From Calditrichia bacterium (GTDB lineage Bacteria; Calditrichota; Calditrichia; RBG-13-44-9), in assembly GCA_037381445.1 (NCBI GenBank), contig JARRQT010000055.1, positions 1 to 14,594 on the forward strand: DNA of 14,594 nucleotides, in the 5' to 3' direction. Below are positions 1 to 6,853 of this stretch, one piece after another. A program made the translations under genes and the position numbers. The notes beneath the pieces are model-generated. The model was not told the origin of the DNA and ran no database searches. It saw only the letters and a list, made by a program, of their open reading frames with translations. Position 1 is the first letter of the stretch. The number at the start of each line of letters is the position of its first letter.

Positions 1-1
1 C

Positions 2-808
2 TTCGGCTGGCTGCTGAAGCAGACTGACCTGGGACCCAGAAATCCGGGATCGGCGGGCCATGAGGCGGCGATGCAGCTTCTGAAAACCGGTTTGCAGAAC
101 TACGGCGCCCGGGTGACGCTGCAGCCTTTTATGCACTATGATGCGAACAATAAAATGACGCTGACCATGACAAATATCATCGGTTCTTTTAATCCGCAAA
201 ATCCGTCCCGCATTCTCTTGTGCGCCCACTGGGACACCCGGCCTTTCGCTGATCAGGACAAGCCGCAGAATCAGGCAAAACCTATTTTGGGCGCCAATGA
301 CGGGGCCAGCGGAGTGGCTGTCCTGCTGGAAATCGCCCGACAAATTCAGGCGCAATCTCCTTCCATCGGCGTCGATATCGTTTTCTTTGACGGAGAGGAC
401 TACGGGCACGAAGGACATCTGGAAAACTACTTCCTCGGTTCCCGCTACTTCGTACAGAATAATTCCCGGTTCTTCCCGCAATTTGCCATTCTGGTGGATA
501 TGGTGGGGGATAAGGACCTGGAAATTCCCATCGAAGGATACTCCCAGCAATATGCTCCCGATGTCGTCAGCAGGGTATGGGACACCGCTGGCCGGCTGGG
601 AATCAACCAGTTTGTAAACAGCGTTAATGGTTACATTTCTGATGACCATGTGATATTAGACGAAGGCGGTATTCCGGCCATTGATATCATCGATTTTACA
701 TACCCCTACTGGCATACACTGCAGGATACCCCCGATAAATGTTCCCCCGCCAGCCTGAAGGCGGTGGGCGATGTGCTGCTGAATGTGATTTATGATATGA
801 ATCCCTGA
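2..808 (+). CDS. M28-family zinc enzyme, probable glutaminyl-peptide cyclotransferase (animal-type QC); 5'-truncated by the window edge
   Basis: The frame is open from position 2 (FGWLLKQTDLGPRNPGSAGHEAA precedes the ORF-track Met at 71), so the true start is upstream. Motifs GPRNPGS, LCAHWDTRP, GANDGASGVAVLLE, FFDGED, SDDH and YWHT match M28/QC zinc-binding and catalytic segments. Confidence 0.85.
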   Translation, partial: FGWLLKQTDLGPRNPGSAGHEAAMQLLKTGLQNYGARVTLQPFMHYDANNKMTLTMTNIIGSFNPQNPSRILLCAHWDTRPFADQDKPQNQAKPILGANDGASGVAVLLEIARQIQAQSPSIGVDIVFFDGEDYGHEGHLENYFLGSRYFVQNNSRFFPQFAILVDMVGDKDLEIPIEGYSQQYAPDVVSRVWDTAGRLGINQFVNSVNGYISDDHVILDEGGIPAIDIIDFTYPYWHTLQDTPDKCSPASLKAVGDVLLNVIYDMNP

Positions 809-854
809 GGATGTCACTCAGGCTAAAATTTAATTTATCGAAGAATAAGAATAA

Positions 855-1721
855 ATGACGACAAAAAAGAAAGATTATCTGCGGGCACGGCTGGAAATAG
901 CGGGTTTTGATCCCGATGTGCTTTCATCAGTATTATTCGATGGAGGCTGTCTGGGCATTGAAGAATACTCGGAGGACATCTGGCTGGTCTATTTCCCGGA
1001 GGATTACGACAGCCGTACGATTTCGGAATTAAATGACCGCCTGCAGGCCCTGAATCCCGCCTTCGGGCCGGGGAAACTGGCTGTCGCCTCCCTTCCCGCA
1101 ATGGACTGGAACGCCGAATGGAAAAAGCATTTTGAACCCTTCAAAATCGGTGAAAAAGTGTGGGTGGCGCCGCCCTGGGATCAGCCGGACGTTCCCGGGG
1201 ATGAAATCCTGCTGATTATCGATCCCCAGATGGCGTTTGGCACGGGCAGCCATGAGACAACGCAGCTTATGATAGAATCGTTGGAACGGCATCGCCCGGA
1301 CGGACAGGCGGTGCTGGACTGCGGGACCGGCTCCGGCATTCTGTCGATACTGGCAAAAAAGATGGGCGCCGGCCGGGTCATCGGATTTGACATCGAGCAT
1401 GAATCGATTGAGAATGCGGTGCACAACGCCGAATTAAATGCCGTGCGGGGAGTTGATTTCCGGCAGGGAGATGAGAGCGCGGTGAGCGCCAGCGGCTTCG
1501 ATGTGGTGCTGGCCAATATTAACCGCATCGTGCTCCAGGATATGCTGCCGGGATTGGCTGAAAAGATGAAAACCGGAGGCCGTTTGATTTTATCCGGTAT
1601 TCTTGACACCGATGAAGATGTGATGATGAATGTGGCGCCGCCTGAACTGAAACTTTTAGAACGCCGTCAAAAAAAGGAATGGCTGGCCCTCGTATTCAGA
1701 AAAGAACAGCCGGAAAATTGA
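855..1721 (+). CDS. prmA: Ribosomal protein L11 methyltransferase
   Basis: DWNAEWKKHF, IDPQMAFGTGSHETT, SAM-binding VLDCGTGSGILSI, DVVLANI and LILSGIL; 288 aa is typical of PrmA. Confidence 0.95.
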   Translation: MTTKKKDYLRARLEIAGFDPDVLSSVLFDGGCLGIEEYSEDIWLVYFPEDYDSRTISELNDRLQALNPAFGPGKLAVASLPAMDWNAEWKKHFEPFKIGEKVWVAPPWDQPDVPGDEILLIIDPQMAFGTGSHETTQLMIESLERHRPDGQAVLDCGTGSGILSILAKKMGAGRVIGFDIEHESIENAVHNAELNAVRGVDFRQGDESAVSASGFDVVLANINRIVLQDMLPGLAEKMKTGGRLILSGILDTDEDVMMNVAPPELKLLERRQKKEWLALVFRKEQPEN

Positions 1722-1861
1722 GAATCGACGGGCTTGTCAACGCCGCTCTCAATGAAGGGCAGATGCTTCGCTGGAATCCCTTCTTCTCAAATTTCCCTTT
1801 TCCAAACAGGTTTCTGAAGCAATAGAACGCCTCAGAACGGAATAAATCTCAGGAGTATTAA

Positions 1862-2998
1862 ATGTATAAAAAGCTATTGTTGTTTTTACTGATCCCGGCA
1901 GGCAGCCTGCTGCTGATGGTTTCCTGCCAGGATAAGAAAGAAGTCGTCGGATTTCAGTCGAACTATGAAATCCAGTCGGTGGATCTGCCTGAATTGCTGA
2001 ATACAAATTCGGCCAGCCCGGTCCTATTCAGTGCCCGGGTTACGCATCCCGAGGGCAATAAGGGAATATCATCCGTAAAAATGGTCATCACCGATTCCAC
2101 CGGCAGCGAATTCACCGCCCAGGAATTATATGACGACGGGGGGGCGCAGCACCCGGAATCCGGCGATCTGATCGCATTCGATCAGGTCTACAGCTATAGG
2201 GTTGTGCCTTCGCAATGGGACCTGCCGGTAGGCAACTACCGGATAAAAATAGTGGCCACCGCGGCGGATAATAAAGTGCTGGAAAGCGCCGCACAGGTCC
2301 TGGAGGTCCTGCTGAATCAGCCGCCCGAACTGACGGAATTCTCCTTCCCGGACAGCATCTTTTCGGACATGGGACCGGTCCAGATCTCCTTCACGGTGAA
2401 TGACGGCGACGGATTGAAGGATATCCGCTGGGTATTGATCAGGGGTTTGAAAGAGGGATCGTCCGCGGTTTCCTTTCAGGATACGGTGTTTAATCCGCTG
2501 AATAATTCCCCGATCTTTACGGCAAATATCGACTCTAATTTTGCCATCGGGAAAACCGGCAATTACCAGCTTGAATTTCTGGCCCAGGACAGATTCGGCG
2601 ACAAATCGGAGGTCAAAACGCACAATATTTTTGTGGAAAATCCCCCGCCGGTATTTGTCGGGGTTTCGTTGCCCGACACGCTGGAAATTCCGGCCACTGG
2701 AAGCGTGATCGCCGCCTTTACCGCGAAAGTGGCCGACCAGCCCTCGCTGGCGGATATTGATTCGGTTTATTTTGATTCCTACCTGCCCAATGGCAACGCC
2801 TCCAGCAGCAATCCCTTTATCATGTATGATGACGGGACTGTGGAATCGGGGGATGTGCAGGCCGGGGACGGCATCTACACGGTAACCATTCAGCTTCCGG
2901 CCGGGACGCCTTCTGGTGACTATTTGTTCAAATTTTATGCGACCGATAAAGCGGGACAGCGGACCGCGGGACCAGAAGAAAAGCTGCATGCGAAATAA
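1862..2998 (+). CDS. Lipoprotein with three tandem Ig-like repeats, two carrying YDDG..GD..A.D..Y (choice-of-anchor X-like) loops
   Basis: SD AGGAG at 1851-1855; signal peptide ending LLLMVS-C. Repeated segments SARVTHPEGNKGISSV / SFTVNDGDGLKDIRWV / TAKVADQPSLADIDSV, each followed by a G-x-Y...A-x-D-like strand pair. Loops LYDDG..GDLIAFDQVY and MYDDG..GDVQAGDGIY. Confidence 0.75.
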   Translation: MYKKLLLFLLIPAGSLLLMVSCQDKKEVVGFQSNYEIQSVDLPELLNTNSASPVLFSARVTHPEGNKGISSVKMVITDSTGSEFTAQELYDDGGAQHPESGDLIAFDQVYSYRVVPSQWDLPVGNYRIKIVATAADNKVLESAAQVLEVLLNQPPELTEFSFPDSIFSDMGPVQISFTVNDGDGLKDIRWVLIRGLKEGSSAVSFQDTVFNPLNNSPIFTANIDSNFAIGKTGNYQLEFLAQDRFGDKSEVKTHNIFVENPPPVFVGVSLPDTLEIPATGSVIAAFTAKVADQPSLADIDSVYFDSYLPNGNASSSNPFIMYDDGTVESGDVQAGDGIYTVTIQLPAGTPSGDYLFKFYATDKAGQRTAGPEEKLHAK

Positions 2999-3029
2999 TA
3001 TATCTGCTTAATAAGGAGTTAAAAGAATA

Positions 3030-4520
3030 ATGAAATTCCTATACTTGTTTGTTTTCATCTCTTGCTTCGCTTTTACAGCCCTCCGCGCCCAGGTGGTGAT
3101 GGATTACCGGATGCCTGCAGCCAATCCGGACCGCAACGGTCTGATTGGCAACAGCATTACCGATCTGGTATGGCACGGTTCCTCGCTCTATGTCGGCACC
3201 GGCTACGGACTCAGCATTACCGATGACGGCGGAGACAGTTGGCAGAATCTGACCACCAAAGATTACAGCGGGAAGGGCGGGATCTCCGCCATGACCTTCG
3301 GACCCGACGGCACCCTCTGGATAGCAACCGGGTTCGATACCACTGTGCAGGATGACCAGTCGCTTTCAGCCGGGGGCGGCCTTCATTATCTTGTCCCGGG
3401 GAGCGATGAATGGGTCTATATTCCCCAGCCCAAAGACGCGAAATCCGATACCGCCAACGGCATGAACCCCACTACCACGGTGGTGCAGAATATCACCTAC
3501 GATATTGCCGTGCTCGATACTCAGGTATGGATTGCCAGTTTTGGGGGCGGAATCAGACGATCGCTGGACAAAGGCGAGACCTGGCAGGTCATTACCACCG
3601 ACGGGAAACCGTTTGGCGCGCTGCAGTACCTGAATCACCGGGGATTTTCCGTGCTGGCCGAAAACGGCAATATCTGGGTTGGAACGGCGGACGGCATCAG
3701 CAAATCCGCGGACGGGGGAAAAACCTGGCAGCGTTTTACCGTGCGCGATCAGGAACCGGAACCCAACGGCATCTCCGGAAATTGGATTATTTCCATGGCC
3801 CACAACAGTTGGGACAATAGCGTCTGGGCTGTCACGCTTACCACCGGTGGTAATGAATTTAATTCAGTCAGCCGCACGCTGGACGGCGGCGCGACCTGGC
3901 AGAATTTCCTGGTGGACGAGCTGAGCGACGGCACTTTTGCCCGCTATATCGCTTTTTATGATTCCGTGACCTATGTGGCCACCGAGAAGGGCGTTTACAA
4001 ATCTGCGGACGGCGGAGATAGTTGGCTTAAATTCCCGACGATTAAAGATCGCATCAGCGGGGAAGAATTGCTGACGGATAAATTTTATTCGGTGGCAGCC
4101 TCCCCGGCCCCTGCATCCTTTCACACCGTATGGCTGGGCAGCGCCGACGGCCTTTCCGAGAGTGCCGATAACGGCTATGACTGGACGGTTTTCCGGAGTT
4201 TCGTTTCCACCCGGCAGCGGACTGATCCCCCTGTCTATGCCTATCCGAATCCCTTTTCCCCCGCGCGGGGCGATTATGTTCGTTTCCAATATGATATTAC
4301 CCGCTCCGGCATGGTGGAAGTGGACATCTATAATTTTGCCATGGAAAAGGTCACTTCCATCAAGGAATATGAAGAGTATACCGGAGGAGGGGCCCCGGAT
4401 CGTTCCGCCAAATGGGACGGGCGGGACAATAACGGCCGCATGGTTGACAATGGCGTCTATTTCTTCCGCGCCAAAGTTGAAGGTAATGTGAACTGGGGAA
4501 AAATTGTGGTGCTAAATTAA
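3030..4520 (+). CDS. Secreted BNR/Asp-box beta-propeller protein with C-terminal FlgD-Ig / T9SS sorting-domain-like region
   Basis: SD AAGGAG; Sec signal peptide ending ALRA-Q. Six Asp-boxes (TDDGGDSW, SLDKGETW, SADGGKTW, TLDGGATW, SADGGDSW, SADNGYDW). C-terminus has YPNPF, WDGRD, GVYF and terminal KIVVLN. Confidence 0.85.
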   Translation: MKFLYLFVFISCFAFTALRAQVVMDYRMPAANPDRNGLIGNSITDLVWHGSSLYVGTGYGLSITDDGGDSWQNLTTKDYSGKGGISAMTFGPDGTLWIATGFDTTVQDDQSLSAGGGLHYLVPGSDEWVYIPQPKDAKSDTANGMNPTTTVVQNITYDIAVLDTQVWIASFGGGIRRSLDKGETWQVITTDGKPFGALQYLNHRGFSVLAENGNIWVGTADGISKSADGGKTWQRFTVRDQEPEPNGISGNWIISMAHNSWDNSVWAVTLTTGGNEFNSVSRTLDGGATWQNFLVDELSDGTFARYIAFYDSVTYVATEKGVYKSADGGDSWLKFPTIKDRISGEELLTDKFYSVAASPAPASFHTVWLGSADGLSESADNGYDWTVFRSFVSTRQRTDPPVYAYPNPFSPARGDYVRFQYDITRSGMVEVDIYNFAMEKVTSIKEYEEYTGGGAPDRSAKWDGRDNNGRMVDNGVYFFRAKVEGNVNWGKIVVLN

Positions 4521-4601
4521 AAACCGCCTCTGGTGAAATTTTATGATCGCCCGGAAGGCTGATAAATTGATTTTAAATTCTGAATATTTGAGGACCATAG
4601 A

Positions 4602-5531
4602 ATGCGAACATTGTTTCTGGTAATTCTTACCACCGGATTTTTAAGCATGGCCCTGGCGGAGGGCAACGGCGGATATGCGGGGTCATTCCTGCGCATTGGC
4701 CTGGGCGCCCGCGGGATTGCCATGGGCAATGCCCAGGTTGCGAATCCCCAGGGAGGTTTCGGCTTTTATTACAACCCGGCCGGACTGCCGTACTTGAAAA
4801 ATTTCAGTGCCAATTTTTCATACAGTTTTCTGTCGCTGGACCGGCGCTTCTACTATGCCGGGATATCCTCGCCCATAAAGCCGCAGGCAGGTTTCTCTCT
4901 GGGATGGATTTACAGCGGTGTGGGAGACATTCAGGGATATAATTCCCGGGGTGAGCAGACCGGTGATATTCAAAATGGATTGCACGCGGTTTATTTCTCC
5001 TTTGGCGCCATCATGATTCCCAACCGTCTGAGTGTGGGGGTGAATGCCAAATATCTGCTGGAAAAAATTTCCGACGAGAGTTTTGATTACACCGGCAAAG
5101 GTTTCGGGGCTGACCTGGGCGTGATGTTCAGGGTGAATCCGTCGCTGATGCTCGGCTACGAACTGAAGGATGTCAACGCCAAATTGAAATCCAATACCGA
5201 TAAAATCTATGAGCGGGGTATGAGCCTCGAAAATAAATTTCCGCTGACCAGCAGGATTGGCGCCTATTACATCACGCCGCTGAAGTGGGCCCGGCTGGCT
5301 TATGATTTTGAATGGAGCGATGCGGGATCGGAGAAAAATCATGTGGGAGTCGAATTCGTGATCCCCGGGGCCGCCATTCAGGTGGGTTATGATAACAACC
5401 ATTTGACATTCGGCGGCGGGCTGCAGATTGCCACCCCAATGGGTACCAAAATGTATCTGAATTATGCCTTTGTCAATTCGGTGGTGGATGAAGGCGTCAG
5501 CCACGTTTTCTCCTGGCAGTTTGCCCTGTGA
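4602..5531 (+). CDS. PorV/PorQ-family (FadL-like) outer-membrane beta-barrel, paralog 1
   Basis: Signal peptide; N-terminal plug motif GSFLRIGLGARGIAMGNA...YNPAGL; amphipathic strands; C-terminal HVFSWQFAL; SD GAGGA. Confidence 0.8.
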   Translation: MRTLFLVILTTGFLSMALAEGNGGYAGSFLRIGLGARGIAMGNAQVANPQGGFGFYYNPAGLPYLKNFSANFSYSFLSLDRRFYYAGISSPIKPQAGFSLGWIYSGVGDIQGYNSRGEQTGDIQNGLHAVYFSFGAIMIPNRLSVGVNAKYLLEKISDESFDYTGKGFGADLGVMFRVNPSLMLGYELKDVNAKLKSNTDKIYERGMSLENKFPLTSRIGAYYITPLKWARLAYDFEWSDAGSEKNHVGVEFVIPGAAIQVGYDNNHLTFGGGLQIATPMGTKMYLNYAFVNSVVDEGVSHVFSWQFAL

Positions 5532-5631
5532 TCTCAGAACAGGAAAAGAAAAACCGGAATAAACATTGGGAATACGATGTAATTTCAGCTATTTTTGAAT
5601 CGGAAAAGACTGAGAACAGAATGAGGAAAAA

Positions 5632-6543
5632 ATGAAACGATATCTTGCGGTCATAATTTTAGTGCTTTTAGCGCAGGTTGTGTTCGGTGCTGACACCAAT
5701 CAGGGCAAGGCGGGAATGTCCTTTCTGAAAGTGGCGATCGATGCCCGCGCGGCAGGCATGGCCGAAGCGTATACCGCGGTGAGTCAAGACGCCTCGGCGA
5801 CCTATTGGAATCCCGCCGGTTTGATGCTGTCCCGGCGCGCCAACGTTCTGTTCAATCACAATGAATGGATTGAGGGAGTGCGGGGCGAATTCGGGGCCGT
5901 GGCGCTGGCCGGAAAACGCAGTGCCTGGGGCTTTCACATCCGGAGCTTTAATATTGGCGACATACAGGTGCGGGGCGACATACCGACGACGGAGCAGCTG
6001 GACAATACCTCCGCCAATTACCTTTCGGCAGGATTGTCCTATGCCCGCCGCCTACGTTCCAATATTGATGTTGGCGTCACCTTTAAATATCTCTTCGAAA
6101 AAATCTACATCGAATCCGCCTCCGGTCTGGCTGCGGACCTGGGGATCATGTACCGTCCCGCTATCCCGAACCTCCGGTTTGGCGCCGCGCTGCAGAACCT
6201 GGGCAAAATGAACAAATTCAAAAATGAAGAAACCGTTCTGCCGGTGGTTTTCAGAATCGGCGGACTTTATGAAATTCCCGCCGGCTCCGGCATCGTTTCC
6301 GCAAAACTAGCTGCCGACGTGGTAAAAACATCCTACGAAAATCTGCGCGTGCAGGTGGGCACCGAAGTCCTGCTGTGGCGGCAGATTGCGCTTCGGGGCG
6401 GTTTCATGAGTGGTTATGAAGCCCGGAATTACAGCTTTGGGGTGGGCTTCGTGCGTTCTTCCATCCGCCTCGATTACGCGCTGACGCCTTTCAGCGACAA
6501 TCTGGGAGTCACCCAGCGGTTCACGGTCAATTTCAATCTGTAA
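5632..6543 (+). CDS. PorV/PorQ-family (FadL-like) outer-membrane beta-barrel, paralog 2
   Basis: Signal peptide; GMSFLKVAIDARAAGMAEAYTAVSQDASATYWNPAGL; GVTFKYL, DLGIMY, GAALQNLG, RLDYA; C-terminal QRFTVNFNL; SD GAGGA. Confidence 0.85.
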   Translation: MKRYLAVIILVLLAQVVFGADTNQGKAGMSFLKVAIDARAAGMAEAYTAVSQDASATYWNPAGLMLSRRANVLFNHNEWIEGVRGEFGAVALAGKRSAWGFHIRSFNIGDIQVRGDIPTTEQLDNTSANYLSAGLSYARRLRSNIDVGVTFKYLFEKIYIESASGLAADLGIMYRPAIPNLRFGAALQNLGKMNKFKNEETVLPVVFRIGGLYEIPAGSGIVSAKLAADVVKTSYENLRVQVGTEVLLWRQIALRGGFMSGYEARNYSFGVGFVRSSIRLDYALTPFSDNLGVTQRFTVNFNL

Positions 6544-6548
6544 AAGCC

Positions 6549-6598
6549 GGATTCGGGAATTTCGGAAATATATCGCTTGTTTCCCAAATTCCGAATTC
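6549..6598. repeat. Long imperfect inverted repeat (about 21-bp arms) right after the second PorV-family gene; possible terminator or mRNA-stabilising hairpin
   Basis: Arm GGATTCGGGAATTTCGGAAATA (6549-6570) versus the reverse complement of 6578-6598 (GAATTCGGAATTTGGGAAACA); 7-nt loop. No U-tract on the + strand; a short TTTT follows on the - strand. Confidence 0.6.
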
Positions 6599-6605
6599 GC
6601 CGTTC

Positions 6606-6739
6606 AGCCTGTTATGGTTTGGGCGAGGCAGAGGTATGAATCCATACAAGGTGTGGTCTCGTGAAGAAGGACTATGGAAGAGCATCTTGCATTCTAAGGC
6701 CCCAAGGCACTATTGTTCAAAGACCAACGCCAGCGGGCT
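6606..6739 (+). ncRNA. Candidate structured RNA (rod-like, possibly 6S-like); unconfirmed
   Basis: Hand-folded nested pairings: AGCCUGUU/AGCGGGCU, UGGU/ACCA, UUGGGCGA/UUGUUCAA, CAAGGUGU/GCAUCUUG, GGUCU/GGACU. Many pairs are G-U, no + strand promoter was found, and no model was run. Confidence 0.25.
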
Positions 6740-6788
6740 ATTATTTTACCCCCATTTTGACTTTTTTGAAAAATAAAAAATCCATTTC

Positions 6789-6816
6789 TTGAATTTGGCG
6801 TAAAAAGTGTTATTTT
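6789..6816 (+). promoter_or_regulatory. Putative sigma70-type promoter of the fumarate hydratase gene
   Basis: TTGAAT-16 nt-TATTTT with an extended -10 TG and an A/T-rich upstream tract; SD AGGAGG before the ATG at 6854. Confidence 0.5.
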
Positions 6817-6853
6817 ATGATTAAATTATATCAAAAATGCATAGGAGGTCTAA

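Noticed and set aside
71..73. ORF-track start codon for the M28 gene
   Set aside because: The frame is open upstream with the conserved GPRNPGS segment, so this Met is internal.
2126..2989. 287-aa minus-strand ORF
   Set aside because: Lies entirely antisense to a well-formed lipoprotein gene, in the mirror frame, with no motifs; a typical shadow ORF.
3030..4520. Calling the Asp-box protein a sialidase
   Set aside because: Asp-boxes occur in many propellers, and no (F/Y)RIP motif is visible; function left unassigned.
4818..5504. 228-aa minus-strand ORF (also 10219-10827, 7460-7972, 12468-13070, 12745-13290 and other nested ORFs)
   Set aside because: They overlap confidently identified genes and have no recognisable domains; explained by codon bias of the real genes.
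6750..6757. CCCCATTT resembling a sigma32 -10 box
   Set aside because: No CTTGAA at the required distance upstream; the CTTGAA boxes present pair with TAWWTT hexamers instead.
6544..6853. Known riboswitch, tRNA, SRP RNA or hammerhead ribozyme in the intergenic region
   Set aside because: Diagnostic motifs for TPP, FMN, SAM-I, cobalamin, lysine, glycine, SRP and hammerhead were not found by eye, and there is no cloverleaf.
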